Below, one piece after another: positions 51,785 to 61,008 of a stretch of 64,000 nt of DNA. This stretch comes from an uncultured delta proteobacterium (GTDB lineage Bacteria; Myxococcota_A; Polyangia; Fen-1088): contig CAWCMR010000008.1 of the NCBI GenBank assembly GCA_963796685.1, forward strand, positions 704,001 through 768,000, given 5' to 3'. A model generated the notes under the pieces. That model was given only the letters and a program-made list of their open reading frames with translations. It was not told where the DNA came from and did no database searches. The stretch's first letter is position 1. Each line of letters starts with the position of its first letter. Position numbers and translations under genes: made by a program.

Positions 51785-53146
51785 ATGCCCGGGTCCACTG
51801 AAACCCTAGACCAGGTCGGGTCCGCCAAGTTGCAGGTTGGTCGCGAGATGATGGGACAGATCCGCGGGCAAGCACTCGTGCTGACCGCAGCGATTCGCGT
51901 CATCGCGGTGACGGTCTTCCTGGGCCTGGGAATCGCCTGGACCTCCACGCGCGGAACGTCCCCGTGGATCCTCACGCGCCCCCTGGCGCTTTACCTCACC
52001 CTGGCGACGATGGCATTCGTGTACCGCCGCCGCGCCTTCACCCTGCGGCTGGCGTGGGTCCTGCCGTTTCTCGACATTGGCGTCGCCTTCCTCGTGCACC
52101 GCCAGGGCATCTTGGCGGACGCTGGAGTATCTCGCTTCATGGCAGCTTGGGGGGTCACGGGTCTTGGCGTCTACACCCTCATCGTGGCCCTGGCCGGCCT
52201 GGCCATGCCACCTCGCCTCGTGGTCTTTCTGACTTTGTGGTCGATGGCGGCGGAGGTGGCGCTTCTCCACCTGGCCGGCCTCACCTACTGGCCCATGACC
52301 ATGGCCGTGTTGGCCCTCGCCTTCGTGGCCGTGGCCACAAGCGCCGTGCCTCGCAACGCCACGGCGGCCCTCGCGCGCGCACACCAGGCCACCACCGCCT
52401 TGATGTCCCTCGCCAAGCTGCAAGAGCAACACCAGCGGCTCGAGCTCCTGCAACGGGAGAAGGACGCCTTGCTCGAAATCATCGTGCACGATATGCGCAG
52501 CCCCGTCGGGGCCGCCCTGCTCTCGCTCGAATACCTGGCCCTCGAGCTCAAGAAACACCCCAGCCAGGCTTCGCTGCTCGAGGCGACCGACGATGCCCTG
52601 GGGACGCTCAACAGTCTGAGCGGCATGATCTCGCAGATCCTCGACATGTCGAAACTCGAGAGCGGACGACTCACCCTGCGTTTGGATTTCGCCGAGCTGC
52701 GACCCCTGCTCGAGGCCACCGTCCGCGAGGCGTCCGCGCGCGCACGAGCGCGATCGATTGCGCTCGACTTCGATGCCCCGGAAGGGCTGACGGCGGCCGT
52801 GGACCTGCGTCTGTTCCCACGCATCTTGGAAGTCCTGACCACGCACGCGCTTCGTCACACGCTCGAAGGGGGCCGCATTCTGCTGGTAGCCACCGCCGGG
52901 GCAGCGAACATCCGCGTGTCGATCCACAGCACCGCGCCCGCCATGCCGGAAGCCGACCGCCAGCGCATATTCGACAAGTTTCCGTTGGCCGGGACCGAGC
53001 CCCGGCGTATGTCGGTCTGGGGCGTGGGCCTGTACTTTTGCAGCCTGGTCGCCGCTGCCCATCAGGGCTCGATCTCGGTTGAGGACGTGAACGGCTGGCC
53101 AACCTCGTTCGTGATACAGCTGCCAGACCAGCGCAAGCCGGCTTGA
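51785..53146 (+). CDS. Membrane sensor histidine kinase with degenerate ATP-binding boxes
   Basis: About 6 TM, H-box VHDMRSP, F-box IFDKF, G2 WGVGLYFC; N and G1 boxes altered; start uncertain. Confidence 0.8.
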   Translation: MPGSTETLDQVGSAKLQVGREMMGQIRGQALVLTAAIRVIAVTVFLGLGIAWTSTRGTSPWILTRPLALYLTLATMAFVYRRRAFTLRLAWVLPFLDIGVAFLVHRQGILADAGVSRFMAAWGVTGLGVYTLIVALAGLAMPPRLVVFLTLWSMAAEVALLHLAGLTYWPMTMAVLALAFVAVATSAVPRNATAALARAHQATTALMSLAKLQEQHQRLELLQREKDALLEIIVHDMRSPVGAALLSLEYLALELKKHPSQASLLEATDDALGTLNSLSGMISQILDMSKLESGRLTLRLDFAELRPLLEATVREASARARARSIALDFDAPEGLTAAVDLRLFPRILEVLTTHALRHTLEGGRILLVATAGAANIRVSIHSTAPAMPEADRQRIFDKFPLAGTEPRRMSVWGVGLYFCSLVAAAHQGSISVEDVNGWPTSFVIQLPDQRKPA

Positions 53147-53175
53147 AAGGCGTGGCGAGCTCGCTGTCTTGCACG

Positions 53176-55110
53176 CTACTGCATGGGCTGTGCGACCAGC
53201 GTGATGAGCTTGCGGACCACGCGCGGGCTCAACGGCTCGAAGTGTCGCACCGGCATGACCCCGCTGGCGATTTCGGCGATTCGCCGGGTGCTGGCCAGGT
53301 AGTAATCGTACAAGTGCAACGCGTCTCTCACCGCCTCGGATTCGCGGCGCCAAGCTCCGTCGATCTCCGCGAGCTCGCGGCCGGCCAGGACGCGTGCCAT
53401 CGAGCTGCCACCGCCCGCGGCTTGCAGATTTTCGCTCGTGCGACTGTGCCTGTCGAGCAGGATGTCCAACCTGCCGCCAGCACCTTGCAGAAAGGCCGCC
53501 AGCTCGGCCAGGCGTTCGAGCACCGAACGACTGGCGGCTTCGAGCACCCGGCCATCGAGCGGCCCCTGCAAGTCGTCCGCGCTGTGCGGCCATCGCTTGA
53601 GCGAGTAGGCGATGCGACGACTTTCGAGATAGTCACCCAGCATGGCGGCCACACGCATCCGGTGGGTTTCGCTTTCGGCGGTGGTCTTGCGGATGGCCTC
53701 GAACAGCGGGACCAAGCGGTACGCCGGGGCTTGTCCGCTGGCCAGCACGCGCATCTCGGCCTCGGCGCGTCGGCGCAGGGCTTCGCTTTCGGTCAGTGCG
53801 GTCCATTCCTCGCGCAAGAGGCGCGCCCGCACGTTCATCGAATCGACGTAGTACGCCTCGGGTGCCTCGATCGTGCCCGCGACGAACAGGCCAGTGCGGG
53901 TTTCGGGGCGAAGCCCGGTGTCGTGCATGAAATTGGTGCGGCTCGACTGCAACACCATGGACAAGCCGGTCTGCGTGTAGTCCACGCCGAATCCCATGGC
54001 CCAGCGCAAGCTGCCCGTGAGATCCGATTCGACTTCGGTGGAGCTACGCAAGGTGATGGTGCGCCACCGGAACGGGTGCTCACGCTTGACGAAGACACCC
54101 CCGCGCGCGGTGAAGGTCTCACCCTGGTAGTTGTCCTGGGCGGAGAGCACGCGGCGGATCGCGGCTTCGAAGAAGCTGTCCCAGCCGCTGCTCCTGGTAA
54201 ATCGATTGATGTAGCTCTCACGCAGCGCCATCTCGAAGATCCCGGAGGCGCCGTCCGCAGGCGCGCGCACCTGTTCCAGAAGGCCCGCCGACATCTCCAG
54301 ACCCGGAATCCGCATGGTCAATCCGCCGCGCAGATTGGGCTGGAGGTGGTAGCCCAGGTGGGAAAATCCGCCATACCATCCGACGTTGCACAGGTCGTCC
54401 TGGCAGCGTCTGATGGTTCCGGAATTGTTGAGCGCGCCCGCCTCGAACATGGCACCCAGCCCCGCCACCGTCAGCGCAAGCGCCCCCTCGTGTTGGGCGA
54501 TCTGGTGCTTGCGAATGTCCCATTCCTCCTCGTTCTCGGGAAAGAATGGTTGCTGTGCCAGCATGAAGACGCCCAGATCCACGAATTCTCGCGCATTGAA
54601 ATAGTGCACGATGGAGCTCGCGAGCTGACTGCCGCTCTCTTCGCCATTCAGGATGTCGAGGTTCACGGAGATCAGGCCGACGGAGTCCACGGTCAGGTCC
54701 TGGATCCTGCGGCTGCGAATGTCGTCGAGTCGGGTCATCTGGGCAACCATCTGATCGAACACGGGATAGGCCACGTGCAGGGGTGCGAGGGAAAGCTTGT
54801 AGGCTGTCGAGTCGTTCAGCTCCCATGGGTTGCCCACGAGACGGTCGATTTCACTCTCGACATTGAAGAGCTCGATCCGATTGAAGAAGTCGAGCATCTC
54901 GCCGCGCGACTTGGTTCCGAGTTGCGTCGTCAGATCGGAAAGCACGCGTAGAAGATCGCCGAAGTCGTTCTGCAGGCGCCCCTGGCCGAGCTGGGCCTCG
55001 GCAGGACACGCCCCCATGGTGGAGGCGCCGACGAACACGGCCAGCGCTGCCAGCACGCGCAACGGAGATCCACGCTTATGACGATCACTTCCCAAGTGGG
55101 ATGGCTCCAT
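53176..55110 (-). CDS. Hypothetical secreted protein (about 640 aa)
   Basis: Long ORF with normal composition, signal-like segment ending AEA-Q, beta-rich centre, helical C-terminus; start uncertain. Confidence 0.7.
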   Translation of the reverse strand: MEPSHLGSDRHKRGSPLRVLAALAVFVGASTMGACPAEAQLGQGRLQNDFGDLLRVLSDLTTQLGTKSRGEMLDFFNRIELFNVESEIDRLVGNPWELNDSTAYKLSLAPLHVAYPVFDQMVAQMTRLDDIRSRRIQDLTVDSVGLISVNLDILNGEESGSQLASSIVHYFNAREFVDLGVFMLAQQPFFPENEEEWDIRKHQIAQHEGALALTVAGLGAMFEAGALNNSGTIRRCQDDLCNVGWYGGFSHLGYHLQPNLRGGLTMRIPGLEMSAGLLEQVRAPADGASGIFEMALRESYINRFTRSSGWDSFFEAAIRRVLSAQDNYQGETFTARGGVFVKREHPFRWRTITLRSSTEVESDLTGSLRWAMGFGVDYTQTGLSMVLQSSRTNFMHDTGLRPETRTGLFVAGTIEAPEAYYVDSMNVRARLLREEWTALTESEALRRRAEAEMRVLASGQAPAYRLVPLFEAIRKTTAESETHRMRVAAMLGDYLESRRIAYSLKRWPHSADDLQGPLDGRVLEAASRSVLERLAELAAFLQGAGGRLDILLDRHSRTSENLQAAGGGSSMARVLAGRELAEIDGAWRRESEAVRDALHLYDYYLASTRRIAEIASGVMPVRHFEPLSPRVVRKLITLVAQPMQ

Positions 55111-55236
55111 CGCCAGTATACCCTCATACCCCTTGATTCCTCCGCCAACCTGGCATAATCCGGTGCCTCGCGGCCGCACCACGGTCGAGCGAGCTCCCCT
55201 TTCGATGAAGCCCTGCCCCCTCAAAGGATCCTTGAA

Positions 55237-56226
55237 ATGCCCGAGATGAATATCATCCAGGCCATCAACGACTGCCTGCACGTGGAAATGCGGCGTGACG
55301 GTCGCGTCGTCGTGCTGGGCGAGGACGTGGGCCATTTCGGCGGCGTCTTCCGCGCCACCGTGGGACTGCAACAGGAATTCGGCCCCGACCGTTGCATGGA
55401 CACCCCGCTGGCCGAGAACGGCATCGTCGGTGCCGCCATCGGCATGGCCCTGTACGGCCTGCGCCCCGTGGCCGAGATCCAGTTCGCCGACTACGTGTAC
55501 CCCGCCTTCGACCAGATCGTGAACGAGCTGGCCAAGATGCGCTACCGCTCGGGCGGCGAGTACACCGCGCCGGTCGTGATCCGCATGCCGGCGGGCGGCG
55601 GGGTGCGTGGCGGCCACTACCACTCGCAATCGCCCGAGGCCGTGTTCATCCACACCCCGGGCCTGCAGGTCGTGTATCCATCGAGCCCGGCCGACACCAA
55701 GGGACTGCTGGCGTCGGCGATTCGCGGCGAAGACCCGGTCATCTTCCTGGAGCCCAAGCGCCTGTACCGAACCAGCCGCGGCGAAGTCCCGGCGGGCGAG
55801 TACACGGTTCCCATCGGACAGGCCAAGGTCCTACGTCGGGCGGCAGCGCGCTCCGGGCGGTCGGTCACCCTCCTCGCCTGGGGCAGCATGGTGCAGACGT
55901 CGATGGAGGCGGCGGACAAGGCCGCCGGCATGGGCTTCGACATCGAGCTCATCGATCTGCGCACGCTTCTACCTTTCGACCTCGAAACGATTCTTCAGTC
56001 GGTGCAGAAGACCGGCCGCGTGATCGTCGTGCACGAGGCGCCACGCACCTGTGGCTTCGGCGCCGAGCTCGCGGCGTCGATCCAGGAGCACGCCCTGCTG
56101 CACCTGGAGGCTCCGATTCTGCGCGTGACCGGTTTTGATACCCCTTTCCCGTACACCCTCGAGCCCGAATACCTGCCCGACAAGGATCGCGTCCTGGACG
56201 CGATTGAGAAAGTCACCACCGGCTAG
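55237..56226 (+). CDS. 2-oxoacid dehydrogenase E1 beta subunit
   Basis: GEDVGHFGGVFRAT, DTPLAE, EIQFADY, HSQSPE. Confidence 0.95.
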   Translation: MPEMNIIQAINDCLHVEMRRDGRVVVLGEDVGHFGGVFRATVGLQQEFGPDRCMDTPLAENGIVGAAIGMALYGLRPVAEIQFADYVYPAFDQIVNELAKMRYRSGGEYTAPVVIRMPAGGGVRGGHYHSQSPEAVFIHTPGLQVVYPSSPADTKGLLASAIRGEDPVIFLEPKRLYRTSRGEVPAGEYTVPIGQAKVLRRAAARSGRSVTLLAWGSMVQTSMEAADKAAGMGFDIELIDLRTLLPFDLETILQSVQKTGRVIVVHEAPRTCGFGAELAASIQEHALLHLEAPILRVTGFDTPFPYTLEPEYLPDKDRVLDAIEKVTTG

Positions 56227-56234
56227 GAGAACGC

Positions 56235-57431
56235 ATGGCCTACGAATTCAAATTGCCCGACATCGGTGAAGGAATGGCCGAGGGCGAGATCGTCCGCTGG
56301 CTGGTCAAGGAAGGCGATGCACTGGCGCAAGACCAGCCCATGGTCGAGGTCATGACCGACAAGGCCACCGTGGAGATTGCCACGCCCCATGCGGGCCGCG
56401 TCCTCGAACGGCGTTTCAAGGAGGGCGAACGCTGCCCGGTGGGCGCGGTTCTCATCGTGATCGAGGTGTCTGCGGACGCGGACAAGACGCCCATGGGGAG
56501 CCTGGCCAAGACACCTGGCCCGAGGACAGAGGGCCCAAGCGGAGGGATTCTCGCCACCCCTGCCACGCGCAGACTGGCACGGGAAATGGGCGTGGAGCTG
56601 TCCAAGGTCAAGGGTTCGGGTCCGGGCGGACAGATCACCATCGCCGACGTGCGCGCGGCCAAGGTCGGCACAGCTTCCGACGAGGCCTTCGACAACCAGC
56701 CCACGCCCGGCATTTCCACCACGTCGACCGGTGACGTCCGCATCCCCTTCCGCGGCGTGCGCCGCATGATCGCCGAGCACATGGTGCTGACCCAGCGCCA
56801 GGTCGCCCACTTCACCTACGTCGAGGAGATCGACTGCACCGAGCTGGTCGAGCTGCGCGACAAGGCCGAGCGACGACTGACCGGACATGGCGTCAAGCTG
56901 ACCTACCTGACCTTCTTCGTGAAAGCGGCGGTGGAGGCGCTCAAGAAGCACCCGCAGCTCAACGCCACACTCGACGAGCCAGCCGGCGAAATCGTGCAGC
57001 GCCGTGAGTACCACATCGGTATCGCGGCACAAACCCCCGAGGGACTGATGGTGCCCGTGATCCGCCACGCCGATCGCCGTTCGCTGTTGGATCTGGCGCG
57101 GGAGATCGATCGCCTGGGCGTGGCGGCCAAGAACGGTCGCGTGTCGCCGCGCGATCTCGGCGGCTCGACCTTCACCATCACCAGCCTCGGTACCCTGGGC
57201 GGCATCGTGGCCACGCCCATCGTGAACTACCCCGAGGTCGGCATCCTGGCCATCCACAAGATCGCCAAGCGTCCGGTCGTGGTGGACGACAAGATCGTCG
57301 TCCGCCATATGATGAACCTGTCCCTGTCCGTGGATCACAGGCTGGTCGACGGCTACGACGCCGCCACCTTCGTGGCCGAAATGAAGGCATCGCTGGAAAC
57401 GCCGGGCCTCATCTTCCTCGACCAGACCTAG
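56235..57431 (+). CDS. 2-oxoacid dehydrogenase E2 dihydrolipoamide acyltransferase
   Basis: Lipoyl motif MTDKAT, PSBD ATPATRRLARE, catalytic DHRLVDG. Confidence 0.95.
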   Translation: MAYEFKLPDIGEGMAEGEIVRWLVKEGDALAQDQPMVEVMTDKATVEIATPHAGRVLERRFKEGERCPVGAVLIVIEVSADADKTPMGSLAKTPGPRTEGPSGGILATPATRRLAREMGVELSKVKGSGPGGQITIADVRAAKVGTASDEAFDNQPTPGISTTSTGDVRIPFRGVRRMIAEHMVLTQRQVAHFTYVEEIDCTELVELRDKAERRLTGHGVKLTYLTFFVKAAVEALKKHPQLNATLDEPAGEIVQRREYHIGIAAQTPEGLMVPVIRHADRRSLLDLAREIDRLGVAAKNGRVSPRDLGGSTFTITSLGTLGGIVATPIVNYPEVGILAIHKIAKRPVVVDDKIVVRHMMNLSLSVDHRLVDGYDAATFVAEMKASLETPGLIFLDQT

Positions 57432-57440
57432 CGAAGGACG

Positions 57441-58589
57441 ATGGCGCAAGCAACGGCACCCGACAAACGCCGATCGGGTCAGACCACCGCCGAAAGCGTG
57501 GAGGTCTGGTCCGACGGGGATTATGCGCGGGCCACCGGACTCTTCCAGATCCTGGACGAGCACGGCCAGGCCGACGTGGCAAAGGTGCCTGCGCTGGCGC
57601 CCGCCACGTGGCTGCGCATGTTCGAGGGAATGCTCCAGTCGCGCCTGCTCGACGAACAACTCCTGCCCTTGCAGCGCCAAGGTCGCATCGGCCACTACTT
57701 CGAGGCACGCGGCCAAGAGGCCGGTCCCATCGCGGGCGCCGAAGCCATCCTCAAAACCGACTATTTCGTTCAGGGATTGCGCGAGGGCGCGGCGGCCATC
57801 TACCGTGGCATGCCTCTCGACAGGTACCTTGCCCAGATTCTGGGCACCGCCCGCGACATTGGACGCGGCCGTCAGATGCCCTGTCACGTCTCCTCGGCCG
57901 CCATCAGGCACGTCAGCACGTCGTCGTCCGTGGCCTCGCAGATCCCGCACGCGGTCGGCATCGCATGGGCGGCCAAGATCAGCAAGGCGAGCGATATCGC
58001 CCTTTGCTTTTTCGGTGACGGCGCCACCAGCGAGGATGACTTTCACGCGGGGCTCAACTTCGCGGGCGTCTACCAGGCGCCCGTGGTCTTCGTCTGCCAG
58101 AACAACCAGTGGGCCATCTCCACGCCCGTCGCGGGGCAAACCCAATCCGAAACCCTTGCCATCAAGGGCTTGGCCTATGCCGTGCCGTCGTTGCGGGTCG
58201 ACGGCAACGATGTGCTCGGCATGTACGTGGCCATCAAGACCGCCGTGGACAAGGCCCGTTCGGGCGGCGGTCCCACCTTCATCGAGGCCGTCACCTACCG
58301 CCTGGGTGCGCATTCCAGCGCCGACGATCCGACCCATTACCGGGACAGCGGCGAGCACAAGGCGTGGCAGAAGCGCGATCCTATACTCCGCTTCGCCACC
58401 TGGCTCGAAAAGCAGGGCATTCTCCCGACCGAAGCGCAGGCGGCGATGAGAGCGCGTATCACCGGCGCCATTCGCGCGGCCATCGCCAGCGAGGAAGCCG
58501 CGGGGCCACCGCCATCCTCGAGCCTGTTCGAGGACGTGGTGGCAAAGCCGACCTGTTCCCCGGGCGGGACACCAGGCGCAATCCGTTAG
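57441..58589 (+). CDS. 2-oxoacid dehydrogenase E1 alpha subunit (branched-chain-type)
   Basis: QRQGRI, GQEA, GRQMPCH, GDGATSE...NNQWAIS, HSSADDP. Confidence 0.93.
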   Translation: MAQATAPDKRRSGQTTAESVEVWSDGDYARATGLFQILDEHGQADVAKVPALAPATWLRMFEGMLQSRLLDEQLLPLQRQGRIGHYFEARGQEAGPIAGAEAILKTDYFVQGLREGAAAIYRGMPLDRYLAQILGTARDIGRGRQMPCHVSSAAIRHVSTSSSVASQIPHAVGIAWAAKISKASDIALCFFGDGATSEDDFHAGLNFAGVYQAPVVFVCQNNQWAISTPVAGQTQSETLAIKGLAYAVPSLRVDGNDVLGMYVAIKTAVDKARSGGGPTFIEAVTYRLGAHSSADDPTHYRDSGEHKAWQKRDPILRFATWLEKQGILPTEAQAAMRARITGAIRAAIASEEAAGPPPSSSLFEDVVAKPTCSPGGTPGAIR

Positions 58590-60901
58590 GCCTCCTGTTT
58601 CTCCAAGGCCGCGCGGATTTTCGCCAGCAGCTCTTCCATCGTGTACGGCTTCTGCACGAATCCCGAGAGCCCCTTGCCGGCGAATCGGTTGACGATGTCT
58701 TGCTCGTTGTATCCTGAGCTCATGATCACCTTCACGCCGGGTCGCAGCCTTCTCATCTCGCGGTAGCAAGCCTCGCCGTCCAGATGGGGCATGGTCAAAT
58801 CCAGGATGACCAGGGTGATGCCGTCCTTGTCGCCGGTGAACTTCTCGATGGCTTCGCGGCCGTCGGCGGCGACGAGGACCTCGAAACCCGCCCGCTGCAA
58901 CATGCGGCGCCCCAAGTTGCGGATCGTGTCCTCGTCGTCGGCGAGCAAGATCTTTCCCGAGGCGTGAAAGGCGGCGGGGATCGCGACCTTGGGTTGCAGC
59001 TTGCTGGCCCGGCCTTCGCTGGCCGGAAAGAGCAGCTTGAAGGTCGTGCCACGATTGAGCTCGCTGTAGACTTTGATGGCGCCGTGGTGGCCGCGCATGA
59101 TGCCGAGCACGGCGGCCAGGCCCAGGCCGCGCCCGGTGAACTTGGTCGAAAAGAACGGGTCGAAGATCCGGTCCATGGTGGCTTTGTCCATGCCGTGACC
59201 GGTGTCGGCGATCTCCACGTAGACATAGTCCCCCGGTTGCAGCCGATCCGAGCCGAAGCAACCCCGAAGATAGTCGGTTTCGCAATGGGCCAGGCCCACC
59301 GTGACCGAGATGACCCCGCTGCGTTCGCCGATGGCCTCGGACGCGTTGACGATCAGGTTCATGATGACTTGCCGAAGCTGCGTGGCATCGGCCTCGACCG
59401 CCGGGATCCCGCTGGCGAAATGGTACTTGAGCACGACCTTCTTGCTGATGCTCACCAGCAGCAGGTGCCCCATCTCCTCGACCAGTTCCTTGAGACTGAT
59501 GGGCTGGATGATGAAGCGGCCGCGACCGCTGTAAGCCAGAAGCTGGCGGCAGAGATCGGCGGCGCGGCGGGCTGCGACCTCGATTCCTTCCAGGCTGGCG
59601 CGCGACGGGGCGAGCGGCGACATCTCGGTCTTGGCCAAGTCGGCGTTGCCCAGAATCCCGGTGAGCAGGTTATTGAAGTCGTGCGCGATGCCGCCGGCGA
59701 GCACGCCCAGGCTTTCCAGTTTTTGCGTGTGCAGCATCTGCTGCTCGAGATTGCGTTGATCCGTGACATCGCGGCCAACCGAGAGCACCACGGTCCTGCC
59801 GCCCAGCTCGAACGGGCGCGCGAAGATCTGCATGGTGCGAAGCTGTCCGTCGCCTCGCCGTATGCGAAACTCCAGCCAGTCGACGTGTTTGCCCTGCGCC
59901 AGGTTGGCGTACATGCCCTCGCGCAGAGCGGGATCGAGCCAGGTCGAGAGCTGCCGCGTGGACTTGCCCAGCATCTCCTCTTGCGGATATCCCATCGCCG
60001 CGCAAAAGGCTTCGTTGCAAGCGATGATGGTGCCATCCAACTCGGCCAGGGTTACCGGACCTGGAATGAGCTCGAAGATGCGTCGGAACCGCTCTTCCGA
60101 GTCGCGCAAAGCCTTTTCCTTGCTCGCACTTTCGGTGATGTCTTGGATGATGCCGACCATGAAGGTCGGCCGGCCGAACGCGTCCTTCTCGAGCTCGCCC
60201 ATGCCGTGGACGAAACGAACGCTGCCATCGCTGGCGCGCACGATGCGATAGCGGCGGTCGAAATCGCACCCGCCCTGGACAACCTCGTCCACGAAGTAAC
60301 GATGCATCGCCTCGCGTTCGTCGGGGTGCACCAGGCTGAGCCAACCCGCGAGATCCTTGTTGAACGCCTCCGAGATGCCGAAAAGAACGTTCAGCGCGCT
60401 CGAGCTTGCCCAGGTGCCCTTGGCGATGTCGTAACGATACGAGCCGAGGTGTGCGACGTGTTGGGCTCGCTGCAGGAACCATTCACTTTCGCGCAAGGCC
60501 CGCTCGTTGCGCTTTCGCTCCGAGATGTCGAGGAAGATCGTGGCGAACTGCAGGGTGCCGAAGGGCACCACGCTGATGTCGTAGTAGCGGTCGAAGGGCT
60601 CGAACTGCGATTCGAAACGCGTCGGCTTACCGTCGAGCACGGCACGGGCGAACTCGGCCAGGAACGGCGGCTCCGGCGTGCCGTAGATGTCGGTCGCCAG
60701 CTTGCCTACCGCGTCCGCACCAACGATCCCCACGTATTGGTCGAACTGCGGATTGACGTCCAGAACGCGGTAGTTGATCGCGGCGCCTCCCGCATCGCAG
60801 ACCAACTCGTGCAAGGCGACGCCCTCGCGCATGTGAAGGTAGAGCGATCGAAAGACTTCGCGGCCATCGAACTTGTCCGGTGCCTTCCCGACTTCGGCCA
60901 T
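58586..60901 (-). CDS. Cytoplasmic hybrid histidine kinase (3 PAS-HisKA-HATPase-REC)
   Basis: GGIAHDFNNLL, NLIVNA, DTGHG, FFSTKFTGRGLGL, ILDLTMP receiver. Confidence 0.93.
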   Translation of the reverse strand: MAEVGKAPDKFDGREVFRSLYLHMREGVALHELVCDAGGAAINYRVLDVNPQFDQYVGIVGADAVGKLATDIYGTPEPPFLAEFARAVLDGKPTRFESQFEPFDRYYDISVVPFGTLQFATIFLDISERKRNERALRESEWFLQRAQHVAHLGSYRYDIAKGTWASSSALNVLFGISEAFNKDLAGWLSLVHPDEREAMHRYFVDEVVQGGCDFDRRYRIVRASDGSVRFVHGMGELEKDAFGRPTFMVGIIQDITESASKEKALRDSEERFRRIFELIPGPVTLAELDGTIIACNEAFCAAMGYPQEEMLGKSTRQLSTWLDPALREGMYANLAQGKHVDWLEFRIRRGDGQLRTMQIFARPFELGGRTVVLSVGRDVTDQRNLEQQMLHTQKLESLGVLAGGIAHDFNNLLTGILGNADLAKTEMSPLAPSRASLEGIEVAARRAADLCRQLLAYSGRGRFIIQPISLKELVEEMGHLLLVSISKKVVLKYHFASGIPAVEADATQLRQVIMNLIVNASEAIGERSGVISVTVGLAHCETDYLRGCFGSDRLQPGDYVYVEIADTGHGMDKATMDRIFDPFFSTKFTGRGLGLAAVLGIMRGHHGAIKVYSELNRGTTFKLLFPASEGRASKLQPKVAIPAAFHASGKILLADDEDTIRNLGRRMLQRAGFEVLVAADGREAIEKFTGDKDGITLVILDLTMPHLDGEACYREMRRLRPGVKVIMSSGYNEQDIVNRFAGKGLSGFVQKPYTMEELLAKIRAALEKQEA

Positions 60902-61008
60902 TCATCCTCCACGAGAGCTGCAGGGGCAAATGCAGTGCACCGCATTTCTCGACGGGAATGTTATCAGGATTTGCGTGCGGCTGTCACGCCGATTGGGTAG
61001 ACGCGTCG

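Noticed and set aside
55151-55166. Sigma54 promoter upstream of E1beta (TGGCATAATCCGGTGC)
   Set aside because: GG-GC spacing is 11 rather than the required 10
56223-59285. 1020-aa minus-strand ORF and similar long antisense ORFs (e.g. 1656..3593, 53143..54951, 58784..61000, 60880..63027)
   Set aside because: Shadow frames of well-supported genes, expected in high-GC DNA; no motifs
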